The translations under genes were made by a program, and so were the position numbers. Source: Octopus vulgaris (taxonomy: Eukaryota). Taken from it: 64,000 bases of DNA. The stretch is taken from positions 91,140,001 through 91,204,000 of the forward strand of contig OX597823.1 of NCBI GenBank assembly GCA_951406725.2, in the 5' to 3' direction. The notes under the pieces were generated by a model. It was given only the letters and a program-made list of their open reading frames with translations. It ran no database searches and was not told the DNA's origin. Shown here piece by piece: positions 24,060 to 38,575 of this stretch. The stretch's first letter is position 1. Each line of letters starts with the position of its first letter.

Positions 24060-24550
24060 TTGACAGCCACATTTGTAGGTGCAAGAACATCCCTGTCGCG
24101 AAATTAATCTGGTTTTATGTATTCTATTGTAAGATTTGGGTAAACAGCAGAACATAAGTCATCAGAGATGAAGACAGTGTGGCCAATGGTGGTAGTGTCA
24201 ATGTATCTGTTGTTATCGGACATAATTTGTCTATTGTCGATTTTAAGGAGCTTTTCTGTAAACTGAGTTGTAGGCTGACCAGTTTGGATGAGTGATCTCA
24301 TGTTGATGGTGAGTTGTTTTGATTGGATATTCGACCAAAGGAGGGGTTTTGTTAAGGCAGGCATTAAGTTCATTGGCGGGTGTTGCTTTGGGCATAATAG
24401 GCAGAGTTTGCAGAAAACCTCCTGCAAGAAGTAGAGTCACACCTCCAAGGATGTTGTTTGATCTAAGGTCTCTCATTGTGGTATGAAGTGCTTGTAGGGA
24501 ACATTTATAAGACATAGTTGCTTCATTCCAAACAATGAGTTTGCTCTTTT
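24060..24550 (-). mobile_element. Helitron RepHel fragment (PIF1-like helicase)
   Basis: LIVWNEATM..LQALHTTMRDLRSNNILGGVTLLLAGGFLQTLPIMPK..ELNACL..LTINMR corresponds to PIF1 motifs II-IV (WDEC, GDFRQ, LTxNMR), degenerate. Confidence 0.88.
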
Positions 24551-26007
24551 ACAAAACAAAACAAAATAGTTGCTTTTTTCATAGTTTATTCAATGAGAAG
24601 TAAACACTAAAGAAGTAGCACCTGAGTTTATTTCGAAGAATTGTGTCAATGAATTTGAGAAGAGGTTTAAATGCTGCAACAGATGCCATGACTGTGTGTG
24701 AATTTCATACATAAAACTGGTACAGCTTTTAAGTCGTTCTGTAAGGATGAGTTCAAGTCATGGTAGGGCATTGTGCCCTTGGGTGAGACACTTTGTTTCA
24801 TGTTGCTCCAGTCTACTCAGATGGCAAAAATGAGGATTATGTGAACATTGTCCGAAAATAATTGTGTAAAACTAATTATTCTCCTTACTCTTTACTCTTT
24901 TACTTGTTTCAGTCATTTGCGGCAATGCTGGAGCACCACCTTTAGATGAACAAATCGACCCCAGGACTTATTCCTTGTAAGCCTAGTACTTATTCTATCG
25001 GCCTCTTTTGCTGAACCACAAAGCTACAAGGATGTAAACACACCAGCATTGGTTGTCAAGCAATGTTGAGGAGACAAACACAGACACACAAACATACACA
25101 CACACACTTATATATATATATATATATATATATATACAACAGGCTTCTTTCAATTTCCGTCTTCCAAATCCACTCATGAGGCAACATTTAATTGAATGGA
25201 AAATTGTATGAATGAAAATTATTCAAAAGGACAATTATACAAAATGTTATGCTAATTTTTTAATTTTATCTAAACGAAAATGCTAAAATTAAAGATCAAG
25301 TACCTAAGTGATATTTATTTCAAATAACTGTTATTCGAACAATTGTTTTTGAATAATTATTTGCGAACAATTTTCATGATACAAAAATGAGTAATTGCAA
25401 AAGCCAACTTTGTCACATTCTGTGCCACACTGAATCTCCATGAAAACTATGTTAAGGGTATGTGTGACTGTGGAGTACTCAGCCACTTGCACATTAAATT
25501 CAGAAGCAAGCTGTTCTATTGAACAAATTAACTGGGACACTCTTGTTGTAACCGGTGGAGCATCATGAAAAGTGTCTTGTTCTCTTTTATTGGTTTTAGA
25601 AGAAGGAATGCCAAAGCTGACCTCAGCAGGATTCGATCTCAGCCAGAAAATATATCTTCTTCTACCTTTTATTTGCTTCAGTCATTGGCCTGTGGTCATG
25701 CTGGAGCACTGTCTTGAAGGGTTTTGGTTGAATGAATCTACACCCAGTACTTATTTCTGAAAGCCTGGTACCTGTTCTATTGGTCTGTTATACTACACTG
25801 TTAAATGGAAGGGACATAAACAAACCAACATGGTTGTCAAGTGAAATGTGTGGGGTACAGACGCACACACACTCACACACACAATAGATATATGCTTTGG
25901 TTTGCATGGAACTATAATAGAAGACATCCAAGGTACCACATAATAGGACTGAAATCGGAATCTTGTGGTTGGGAAGCAAAGTTCTTACCACACAGCCACA
26001 CCTGCAC

Positions 26008-26040
<33 letters not shown>

Positions 26041-26069
26041 CATATATATATATATATATATACACACAC

Positions 26070-26315
26070 ACCAGGCACAAGTCCAGGCAATGTTGTTTAT
26101 GGAAGACTAACAGTCGCCCATCCATGCCAGTCTCCCTTCCAAATGCCACTGATGTTGTCCAAGGGATAGGCAAAGGGGCCGATACACCCTAGCACCAGTA
26201 ACATCGCAATGCATTTCTACAGCTGAGTGAACTGGAGCAACGTGAAATAAAGTGTCTTGCTCAAGAACACAACACACAACCCAGTCCAGGTATCAAACTC
26301 ACAGCCTCACAATCA
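26070..26315 (-). mobile_element. CORE-type SINE family C (tail type 1), truncated
   Basis: Matches 37120-37350. Confidence 0.8.
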
Positions 26316-26649
26316 AACAATTTTGTTGGCTTTCCCTGACAAGAGTCAGTCATCATCAACAGGTCAGGTAGCAAAGAGAAAATACTTTCACCTGTTGGTA
26401 ATTATGTTTGTATGCTTAAAACCTAAATCATTTATTAACAGTTGAAATCAAATGTAATAAGTCAAATGCCAACAATTACCATAGTTATAGCTTTAAATAT
26501 TCAACGTATTTGGAATATGTGTGCCTCATGTACTTTCCAGCAGATCTGAAGCTTTGCTGAGGCCAATGTACTTTAGCGTCAATGGAGGAAATGAGAATTA
26601 TGTTCAGCATGCAGAGAACTTGCAATTAATTTGTGATAATTGCACTTAT

Positions 26650-27042
<393 letters not shown>

Positions 27043-27467
27043 TCATCATCATCATCATCATCATCATTTAACGTCCGCTTTCCATGCTAGCATGGGTTGG
27101 ACGGTTCAACTGGGGTCTGGGGAGCCCGAAAGCTGCACTAGTCCAGTCAGATCTGGCAGTGTTTCTACAGCTGGATGCCCTTCCTAACGCCAACCATATA
27201 TATATTTACAGATATTTATTAACATGTCACATGCTTTTATAAATCATATATTAGCACTTGCATCCACTCTAGTGGAGTCTTCAGATTGAATTTTCTCAGG
27301 AGATTTGTCTCTTTTTATAGTATTCTTGAGTGTGTAGGGGTGGAGAGAGATATAAGATAGTAAAAGAGGGTGAGGAATGGAGAGAAAGTAAGAGAGAGAG
27401 AGAGAGAGAGAGAGTGTGTGTGTAGTGTGTGTGTGTGTGTGTGTGCCTTTGTATTTAAAAGAAGTGA

Positions 27468-28007
27468 GAATGGAAAAGAGAAGGAAAGGAAGAAGGAAAA
27501 GAGAAAAAAGTAAAAGATGTGTTTAATTTTATACAGTTGGTCAGTTCTTTCAATAGAAAGTGATTCTTGGCTTTTAGAAATGGCAAAACTAGATGGCTAC
27601 TCCAAGCAGGGTAAATGTTATTTTTCAAAAAATTGCCTGGATTTCTTTTTATCATTGTCTTGTGAGAGAGAGAGTGTGTGTGTGTATGTGTGTGTGTGTC
27701 TGTGTGTGTGTATGTGTGTGTGTGGGGTGTTTGCGTATCTGAAAGGAGTGTCAATGGAAAAGAGAAGGAAAAAATGAATGAAGAGAGAAAGAAGACAAAA
27801 ATGGGTTTACATATTTGCAGCCGGTCAGTTCTTTCGATTGAAAGTGATTCTTGTCCTTTAAAAATGGTAAAATCAGGTGGCTACTCCAAGAGGTCTCTTG
27901 TTTTTAAAAAAAATTGTCTGGATATCTTTTCATCATTGTCCAGTGAGAGAGAGTGTGTATGTGTTTTTGTGTGTGTGTGTGTGCGTGTGTATCTGAAAGG
28001 AGTGTCA
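27468..28007 (+). repeat. Diverged tandem duplication of a ~280-bp unit
   Basis: Both units start AATGGAAAAGAGAAGGA and end TATCTGAAAGGAGTGTCAA. Confidence 0.85.
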
Positions 28008-28061
28008 ATCCTTTCAGATACACAGGAACCCCCCCCCCCCCACACACACACACACAAAATA

Positions 28062-29050
28062 AAAACGATCTTTCCAGTGTCGTACATCACTGCAAAGCGA
28101 AAATAGTTGCTGATGACAATAAGCTCCTGCAAATCATCAATGAAGAAGAAGACTGAACTCAACTCCAGTCTGATCTATATGCTGTGAGTCAATGGGCAGA
28201 CAAAAACAAAATGCAACTAAACGAAGGAATATTTGAGCTGATGCATCTTGGAAGACAATACTAAAACAGCCATACTCTCTTCCTTCAAGGGAATCACTCA
28301 TAGCATCTAGTAATACCAGAGACCTAGGTGTAATTGTTGATAACAAACTCAGTTGCAGTGCCCACATCAACAATAAGGTCGATATAGCTCATAGGATGAG
28401 CTCCTGGATCCTAAGAACCTTCCGGTCTAGAGAACAAGGTGTCATCATTCCAATTTTCTCCTCCTTTGTACGGCCACACCTCGAATACTGCTGCCCCTTG
28501 TGGTCTCCCCATACAAAATAAAATATCGTGAAAACTGAATCACCCCAGAGGGTATGACTGATCTCGATTATTAGGACCGCCTTAAAGCCTTGAAACTCTA
28601 CTCTCTTCAGTGCCGCCACGAGCAGCACATCATTTGTACAATGTGGAGAACATACTGCCAGCAAATGACCTGAGCATTAGCTTAAAGGTTCATCCAAGGC
28701 TGGAACCATGGGCCATACGTCCCCCGCCCAATTCATGATCACATCATATAGGTACACTGCGACATAATTTATTTTCCTCAACAGGCCCTGCTCTGTTTAA
28801 CATTGTCCCAAAACTGATCAAAGAAGAAAAGGACCCCATCACCTTTAAATGGAGTCTGGACAGATTTCTTCAAGGAATACCAGATAAGTCACCCATACCT
28901 GGATACAACTCACTCAACAAGAACTCACTACTTGAATGGACCATAATACCACAAAACTTACAAAGGATTTAGATAATCCTATCAGGTGGTGCTATTAAGT
29001 TAGACATGGCCTGGACCAATCTTTGGTCAAAACATATCTAAATTTTATCT
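28062..29050 (+). mobile_element. CR1-group LINE 3' portion, decayed
   Basis: VADDNKL..LQSDLYAVSQWADKNKMQLN..TRDLGVIVDNKLS..FVRPHLEYCCPLWSP with stops and frameshifts. Confidence 0.88.
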
Positions 29051-29572
29051 AAGTTTTATATATATAAGACTTTTTCATTTTCCCAAGCATCAAACTAATA
29101 CACTTGCTTGTTGTTCAGACACCTGTCTTTGTCTTTTGTTTTTCTATAAATTTCAAATATACATATTTGAATACACAAATACACACACACACACACACAA
29201 ACACACATTATATACAATCACTATCTCCAATAACTATTTTCATATACACACATATTCTATATCTATTATTGTATTTAATATTGGTTTCAAACTTTGGCTC
29301 ACGGCCTGCAATATTCAGTGACTGGAGGAGGGATAAGCCGATTACATCGACCCCAGTGCCAAACAGTAATTATTTTATTGACCTTGCAAGAATGAAAGGC
29401 AAAGTTGACCCAGGGTGGCATTTGAACTCAGAATGTAAAGTTGGGAGAATTGCTGCTGAGCATTTCCTGTGACTTTATGCTTCTTAAAGATTGCATGTAA
29501 AACACACGTGTATACTTGTGTACGTAAATGTGTATATGACTGCAACTTTAAAGCTGAAAAAAAGTTAAAGAG

Positions 29573-30192
<620 letters not shown>

Positions 30193-30946
30193 TGTTCATG
30201 TTACACAGACCTGTTGTGTGTGTTGTATATAGAAGTACATGCATTGACTTGTTATTAAATGTTGATGGTGTTTGTTATATATTTTTGTATGTTTTCTTTT
30301 ACTGCTTCTTTTTTTCTTTTTTCGTTTTTTCATATAGTTTTCGCTGACAATATATTCCTGATATTACATGTGAAATATTAGCTGGAAAATATCAAACTGC
30401 GTGATAACTTGTAAATCTTCTCGGAAACATAAGCATCATAATTGAAGCTGGCTTATAACCAATATACAATTGGTTCTAGTTGCAGCTTGTTTTGTTAGTA
30501 GTGGAGGGCATGGTGGAGTCACAGCTTTTCATATTTTATGTTTTGTAGTCATTGCCGTAGGTTTTCTTTAGCATGAGGATGTTACCGAAATGATGGTGAG
30601 AGGGTCATCATCGTTATCCTTATTTTCATATTATTGTCATCATCATCATCAACAGCAATATCCTTATTGTCATCGTTACCATGGTAATGTCTTATTCCCT
30701 CGTCCTTATTACTGCTTTCACCTCAACTGACATTTTGTATATTGAGGAGTTCAAACCCCAGGTTATTTTAGTATCACTATGTCAAGTGAAATGAAAATAT
30801 GTGGTAAGTAGCTTGCTTACCAACCACATGGTTCTGGGTTCAGTTCTACTGCATGGCACCTTGGGCAAGTGTCTTCTCCTATAGCCTCAGGCCGACCAAA
30901 GGCTTGTGAGTGGATTTAGTAGACGGAAACTGAAAGAATCCTGTCG

Positions 30947-31009
<63 letters not shown>

Positions 31010-31734
31010 GTGTGTGTGTGTGCTTGTCCTCCCAACATCGCTTGACAACCGATGCTGGTGTGTTTACATCCCTGTAACTTGGTGGTTTGGCAAAAGAGAC
31101 CAATAGAAAAAGTATTAGGCTTACAAAGAATAAGTCCTGGAGTTGATTTGCTTGACTAAATGCAGTGCTCCAGCATAGCCACAGTCAAATGACTGAAACA
31201 AGTAAAAGAGTAAAGAGTAATATGTATGTTGTGTGTGTATATGTATGTATATATATGTATATATATATATATATATATACATACATCTACATTAAGATAG
31301 ATATAAAGATTGCCATTTGGTACTAATACTGCTTCCATCACTAGGAAGCAGTTTTTTTACAGCCTGCCAGCTATTTGTGACATCAGTGCCTGATTAATCG
31401 CTGATTTTCTGTACATCAGTGGAATCGAGGCTTGGTCAGCAACAGTGGTAGGGAATACTTGCTGCTGATGAAGCACAAAACATACAGAAATTGTGTTTTT
31501 AGAAGGTCTCTAAAGTTGAATACCACAGAATTACCTCATCAAGCATAACATAAAGACTGCTACATGGTGCTAATAGTTAAACTATAATCAATATCTGTCT
31601 CTCTCTTTCTTTCTCTCTCTCTCAGCAGAGACACATGCACATGTCATGTATGTATGTGTATGTGTGTGTGTATACATTTCTATATATGTACACGCACACA
31701 TACAGAGGTAAACCTACACAAATGCACATGTATG

Positions 31735-31958
31735 TAAGTATGTATGTGTGTATGTATGTGTGTATGTGTGTATGTATGTATGTGTGTATGTATGTGTGTA
31801 TTTATGTGTGTATGTATGTATGTGTGTATGTATGTAAGTATGTATGTGTGTATGTATGTGTGTATGTGTGTATGTATGTATGTGTGTATATATGTGTGTA
31901 TGTATGTGTGTATTATGTGTGTATGTATGTATGTGTGTATGTATGCATGTGTGTGTGT
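31735..31958. repeat. (TATG)/(TG) microsatellite
   Basis: Degenerate TATG/TGTG units. Confidence 0.9.
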
Positions 31959-32145
31959 TGCTGATTGTTTTCTTTTTATGCTTTTCCTGTTTCAAACCAT
32001 TTTTGAATTGTGCTGCAAAGTTTCTCTTCCATGTTCCGATTCTTCAACAATTCTACAGAGTTATTTCTGTTACATGTTATGTCATGTTCTAAGACAATGG
32101 AAGAAACTGGCACACAACTTTATTCACTATGTATTTAATTGCAGC

Positions 32146-32150
32146 ATCAT

Positions 32151-32196
<46 letters not shown>

Positions 32197-33860
32197 ACAT
32201 TTAACGTCTGTTGTCCATGCTGCCATGGGTTGGGTGGTTTGACCAGGACTGGTAAACTGGGAGGCTGCTCAAGACTCCAGTCTGATTTGGTTTTCTATGG
32301 CTGGTTGTTCTTTCTAACACCGACAACTCTGAGAGTGGAATGGGTGCTTTTATGTGCCACTGCCATAGGTGCCATTTGTGTGACACCAGTATCTGCCATA
32401 TCTGCGATTTTGCTTGGCTTGATGGGTCTTCTTCTCAAGCATGACATAATGCCAAAGGTCTCAGTCATTGCCTCCATGAGGCCCAACGCTCAAAAAGAAC
32501 TCAGCCACTTTGCCTTCATGAGGCCCAACACTTGAAAGGTGTTCTTTATGTGCCACCAGTACAGGTGCCAGTTATGTGACACCTGCATCAGCCAAGACTA
32601 TGATTTCACTTGGCTTGACGGGTTTTCTGAAGAACAGCATTTTGACAAAAGTCTTGGTTACCAATCATTGCCTCTGTGAGGCTCAAAGTTTGAAGATCAT
32701 ACTTTACCACCTTGTCCCATATCTTCCTGGATCTACATCTACCACAGGTTCCTTCCACAGTTAGAGATTGGCACTTTTTCACAGCTGTCCTCATCCATAT
32801 GTATCACATGACCATACCAGTGCAGTCTTATCTCTTGCACACCACATCTGATGCTTCTTATGCCCAACTTTTCTTTCAAGATGCTTACACTCTGTTCAGC
32901 ATGCACACTGACATTGCACATCCAGCAAAGCATACTGGATTCATTTCTTTCAAGCTTTACACATGTCCTTGGCTGTCACAGCCCATGTTTGACTGCCATG
33001 TAACATAGCTGTTCACACACAAGCATCATGCAATCTGCCTTTCACTCTGAGAGAGATGTCCATTGTTGCCAGCAGAGGTAGGAGCTGTCTGAACTTTACC
33101 CAGCCTAATCTTATTCTCACCCCTACTTCTAACCTGAATTCTTTGCTGTACTCTTTGCCACCCCTCACCTTACTGAGAGCATCCCTGTGCATGGCTTGTA
33201 CAGCTCTCACCAACCACTTGACCACCAGATAAGGGATCAGAGGACCCTATCAAAGGCTTTCTCCAAGTCAACAAAAGCCAAGTACAAAGGTTTATCTTTG
33301 GCTACGAATTTCTACTGCAGTTGCCTTACCAGAAATATAGCATCAGTGGTGCTTCTCCCTGGCACAAAACCAAACTACATCTCATCTAGATTCTCTTCCT
33401 AATCAGTTTGGCTATGACCCTCTCTGTAACTTTCATTACCTGATCCAGCAATTTTATACCTCTGTAATTATTTCTCTCTAAGGCACCACCTTTACCTTTG
33501 TAGCAGTTCACTATGGTGCTGCTACACCAGTCATTGAGTATGACTCCTTCATGAACCACCTGATTTACAATACAGGTGATTAGACTATAACCAACACTGC
33601 CAGATATTTTAAGGACCTCAGTAATGATTCCTGATGGGCCAGGGGCTTTCTCTGTCTTCATATATTTAATTGCTTTATCTACCAAGGACTGTCAATTCAG
33701 GTAGCTGGTCCCTCAATTGGGTCAACATTTGTCAGACTCTCCTTCTCTCATTTATTCTCCATGTTCAGCAGTCTTTCATAATTGCATTTCCAAGCCTCTT
33801 CCTTTGCAGAATCATTATATGCAAGTGCACCATCATCCATGTGGACACTTTTCCCTTAAA
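32146..33860 (-). mobile_element. RTE-clade LINE, decayed, with internal deletions
   Basis: KAPGPSGI..YKGKGGALERNNYRGIKLL, FVDLEKAFDRV, RVKGRLHDACV and LHWYGHV motifs, then the 3' UTR and (GAT)n tail. Confidence 0.9.
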
Positions 33861-34061
33861 TGCCTCATTATTAAGCTACTTTCTTTCGTCATTGTGTGGT
33901 GATCACTATAAGTTTTAAGCTTACAAAATACTATTATTATTATTACAGAATTGTAAAAATCGACACTGCTTAACAAAACCATTTGCAGTAAAAGCACGTG
34001 AAATACAAAAACAAATAAGAACTAATTATAGTTCTTAAATCTGACAGAAAAAAGCACATAA

Positions 34062-34133
34062 GTTCGCTTGTGTAATTGGTAGCACACCTGGTCACGTAAT
34101 CAAATAGGTGTGGGTTTGAGTCCAATTGGGAAA
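34062..34133 (+). pseudogene. tRNA-like sequence (degenerate)
   Basis: D-arm GTGT-AATTGGTA-GCAC and B-box-like GGTTTGAGTCC; acceptor and anticodon stems poor. Confidence 0.4.
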
Positions 34134-34279
34134 ATCTACTTCTTTTTATTGAGGGCTTATATGCCCCATTATTAGACAGTCCATCCATCCATCCAGCTAT
34201 CTATCTATCTTTCAAAGCCATTCAATGTTTTAAAACACCACCCTATTATATTTCTATAATTGAATACTTTTAGGAATTG

Positions 34280-34533
34280 TACAAGGTGCATAAGGTGTAT
34301 GGGGACATACCTTTTTTGGGGTCACTGCTGCATTTTTTACTAACTCTGTATAATCTTTGTTTCAGAAAATGATAATGGCAGACCTTCGGCTTACTCAAGA
34401 AAATGAAGAGGCATGCAGTTATTGTGGTTTTAAAGGCTGAGCATAGTGATTTAGAAATATCTCGATTTTTAAAAGTTGTCAGATCTTTCATCTACAAAGT
34501 TTGTAAGGAGTTAGAGACTGAAGATGGAAACGT
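34280..34533 (+). mobile_element. Tc1/mariner-superfamily 5' fragment (N-terminal HTH)
   Basis: MKRHAVIVVLKAEHSDLEISRFLKVVRSFIYKVCKELETEDGN resembles a paired-type HTH. Confidence 0.6.
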
Positions 34534-34719
34534 TTCCTATGCTGGAATGGGTTGGACGGTTTGGTAGAAGAAGCTGGTGGGGCCAGAAGCTGTATTGGGT
34601 TCAGGGTTTGCTTTTTGCAGGGTTTCTATAGCTGGATGCCCTTCCATATGCCGACCATTTTGCAGAGTGTACTGGGTGCTTTTTACATGGCAGCATCACT
34701 AGTGTTTTTTATGTATTCT

Positions 34720-35310
34720 TGTATTTGTTTCAATCATTTGACTGTGGCCATGCTGGAGCACTGCCTTTTTTAGTTGAACAAATCGACCCCAGGACTTTGT
34801 AAGCCTAGCACTTATTACATGGGTCTCTTTTGCCAAACTGCTAAGCTATGGGGATGTAAACACACCAACGGTTGTTAAGCGATGGTAGGAGGACAAACAC
34901 ATACAAATACACACACACACACACACACACATATGGGCTTCTCTCAGTTTCCATCTACCAAATCCACTGACAAGCCTTTGGTAAGCCCAAAGTTATAGTA
35001 GAAGACACTTGCCCAAGGTGCCATGCAGTGGGACTGAACCCGGAACCATGTAGTTGGTATGCAAGCTGCTTACCACACAGCCACTCCAGAGTCTAGTAAA
35101 AGACATTTGGTGAAGGTGCCACGCAGTGGGACTGAACCTAGAACCATGTGGTTGGTAAGCAAGCTGCTTACCACACAGCCACTCCTGCGCCTAGTAAAAG
35201 GCACTTGGTCAAAGTGCCATGCAATGGGATTGAACCCAGAACCATGTCGGCTGGTAAGCAAGCTACTTACCACACAGATACTCCTGCGCTTATCCACACA
35301 GCCACTAATG
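34720..35310 (-). mobile_element. SINE family A with triplicated head
   Basis: One body plus three tandem ~95-bp head/CORE units. Confidence 0.85.
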
Positions 35311-35629
35311 TACTTATATATATCACAAACCAGTAGTTTGTAAATAAGATAGATGTTATAAATTCTGAGTTTATAATGTAATATATAAATAGAAAAAGCC
35401 AAAAAGTATATATGTATATATATATATATATATATATGCATAAATAAGACATATATACAATATATATATACATGTATTTTATATATGGAGTTATATACTG
35501 TAGAAATATCATGTTTATAATTCAAAGATATAAAGCACTTCAATAAAAGCATAAATATCATTAGATCATTGGAAAGAAGAAAAAAAAATCCTTGAAACAC
35601 TTAAATTTTCATAATGTAAATGAGACGTA

Positions 35630-35678
35630 AATAATAGTGACAATAATAATAATAATAACAACAATAATAATAATAATA

Positions 35679-35712
<34 letters not shown>

Positions 35713-36058
35713 GGATGATGATGACGATGATGATGATGATATAAGATATTAGAAAATGGTTTTAAAAACGTAAAAGAATGAAAAAACAAAAATAACAATT
35801 TTCTTCTAAAGAACTTCAATGGAAATGTTATCCACACCATTTCGAACAGTATCAATCGGAACCCATCAGTGAAAGATGATTTTTAAGAGACATCTCAAAG
35901 AGATCTTTAAGAAGCATCTATAAGACATCTCGAATATCTCGTTGACAATATACCAGATATAACAAGTGACTTTTCCAGTTTATTCAAGATATTAATAATA
36001 GAAAGAAAATAACGACAACAACAATAATAATAAAAACAAAAACAATAACAACAACAAC

Positions 36059-36117
<59 letters not shown>

Positions 36118-36155
36118 TGATGATGATGATAATAATAATAATAATAATAATAATG
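35630..36155. repeat. (ATA)n/(ATG)n/(ACA)n trinucleotide arrays (two blocks)
   Basis: Blocks at about 35630-35740 and 36010-36155. Confidence 0.9.
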
Positions 36156-36970
36156 AAACTTAATGAAAGTAGTAACAATTTTAATAATAAAAATGATAGT
36201 ACTTTAATTTGCTGTAGCTTTTATATACATACAAATATGCACACACACACACACACGCACACATGTATGCACATATGTATTTTTATACATGTTTACGCAT
36301 TCATTCATACATAGACACACCTGTAAATATTCTGTGTGTGTGTGATAAATAACTACACATATAGTGACACAAACATAGATATGTAGATATGTATGTATGC
36401 CTCTCTCTCTCTCTTGCACACTTTCTCTCTCTAACTGCCTTCTCTCTCTCTCTCTCTTTCTCTCTCTATACATTTGTGTATATATATATATATATATTCT
36501 TGCAGGTTTTTTTTTACATTTTATTTGTCAGATTATATGCTTTCCACTTCCAGCTGCAAATCTGCAGACACAATCATTTCTGTACCACCCCGCATTCCAT
36601 ATAGTCACCCACCCCACCCCCATATACACACTACAAACAAATCACCCACCCACACACACACACTCAAACATTCATATGAATACACACAAATAATAAACGT
36701 ACCCGACACATCTGCATCATACGGATATACAGACATACCCACATACAAAAGCATTGCTTACACTCACAACTTATATGATCCATATACACATATGCTTACA
36801 TATAGAATTCACATGCACGTATATACCATCAAAGATTATGTATACATATATATATATATACATACATACATATATATATAAAATTAAATAAGGGTAGAAA
36901 TTGATATTAATCAATCAAAACCAGCGGCCTAGCATGTTTTAAAAAATCCGAAGATTAAAAATGTTTTTAC

Positions 36971-37067
36971 ATACAAAATTTAGAGGACTGACCATTAAAT
37001 AAATGGACAGCATATCTAGCATATAGGCTGTCCATGTTTTTAGTGGTCAGTCCTCTAAATTTCGTAT
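36971..37067. repeat. Inverted repeat / ~97-nt hairpin
   Basis: ATACAAAATTTAGAGGACTGACCATTAAATAAATGGACAGC pairs with GCTGTCCATGTTTTTAGTGGTCAGTCCTCTAAATTTCGTAT. Confidence 0.85.
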
Positions 37068-37074
37068 ATATATA

Positions 37075-37401
37075 TATCGGAGACACAGACCATGGGATTG
37101 CACCTAGAAAGTTACCCTCCTAGACACAAGTCCGGGCGAGGTTGTTTATGGAAGACCAGCAGTTGCCCATGCATACCAGCCTCCCCTCTCCATGCCACCA
37201 GTGTTATCCAAGGGAAAGACAAAGGTCGATACAGCTTGGCACCAGTGACGTCGCAACTCATTTCTACAGCTGAGTGAACTGGAGCAACGTGAAACAAAGT
37301 GCCTTGCTCAAGAACACAACACGCAGCCTGGTCCGGGATTCAAGCTCACAACTTCACGATCGTAAGCTCGACGCTCTAACCACTGAGCCATGCGCCTTCA
37401 C
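37075..37401 (-). mobile_element. CORE-type tRNA SINE family C (tail type 1), full length
   Basis: GTGAAGGCGCATGGCTCAGTGGTTAGAGCG head and GTTCTTGAGCAAGGCACTTT..TTGCTCCAGTTCACTCAGCTGTAGAAATGAGT CORE segment. Confidence 0.88.
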
Positions 37402-37479
37402 TTATATATATGTGTATATATATGCATCATACATTATAGACACAACTTGCACCTAGGACCAACACACATCATCTTACAA

Positions 37480-37750
37480 GTACATACATATACATACTTT
37501 CATACATGCATACACACATACATACATTAATAGATAGATAGATAGATACATACATACATACATACATGCATACATACATACATACATACATACATACATA
37601 CATACATACATACATACATACATACATACATACATACATACATACATACATACATACATACATACATAAATACATACATGCAGACATACATACATACATA
37701 CATACATACATACATACATACATACATACATACATACATACATACATACA
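37480..37750. repeat. (TACA)n microsatellite
   Basis: About 50 TACA units. Confidence 0.96.
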
Positions 37751-37859
37751 AACAGACAGCCTTTGAGTGTTGCATAGTCTCCCTCAGACTTGGTAAACAA
37801 CAGTAGTAAAAATAAATACATTAACTTAGTACTGAAAAGTAAAAAAAAACATTATCCTA

Positions 37860-38575
37860 CAAATTGAAAGTGAGTTCCTTAGGAAGCACTCTCTTCCTGA
37901 TGACCTCCCAGACAACCCCAAATCAGCTGGACTAGGGTACCTCAAAGAAGATGAGAAAGTGAAATGGCTCAGCTTACCAAAAAAGACCATGCATGGCTAT
38001 GTTTCTCGTGGACTTGAAGAAGATAGTAACGTTTTTCTTTACTCAAGGCACAAGGCCCGAAATTTTGGGGGGAGGGGGCCAGTTGATTAGATCAATCCCA
38101 ATATGCGACTGGTATTTAATTTATCGACTCTGAAAGGATAAAAGGCAAAATTGATCTCGGCAGAATTTGAACTCAGAATGTAAAGACAGACGAAATACCA
38201 CTAAGCATTATTTTCTTTTCTACTCTATGTACAAGGCCCGAAGTTTTGGGGAAGAAAGCCAGTCATTTAGATTGGCCCCAGTACACAACTGGTACTTAAT
38301 TTGCCACCTTAGAAGATAGTAACATTGACATGAAGCAAAACCTCTTTTGGACTTGTGACCACTACATCACATCACACTTGGAAGGCTAGGTGTCTGCAAT
38401 CCAAGAACAGGAGATTGCTATAAAATACCTAATCAACAAAAGAGACAGCAAAGCCCTTGGAATTCCAAGATGGACTCATAAATGTAGATTATGTCATATT
38501 TCTGTGGAAAGCATCAGACATGTGATTAGCAGCTGCTCAAAGCTGTCTTCAAAGTGCTACCTCCCTATGCAACAC
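37860..38575 (+). mobile_element. R4/Dong-like REL non-LTR fragment, interrupted by SINE B
   Basis: KTMHGY.., AIQEQEIAIKY..KCRLCHISVESIRHVISSCSKL (CX2CX8HX4C); SINE B at about 38035-38310 with GAAGATAGTAAC on both sides. Confidence 0.8.

Noticed and set aside
31455-31500. CTGATGAAGC...GAAA hammerhead-like motif
   Set aside because: No stem II pairing or NUH context visible
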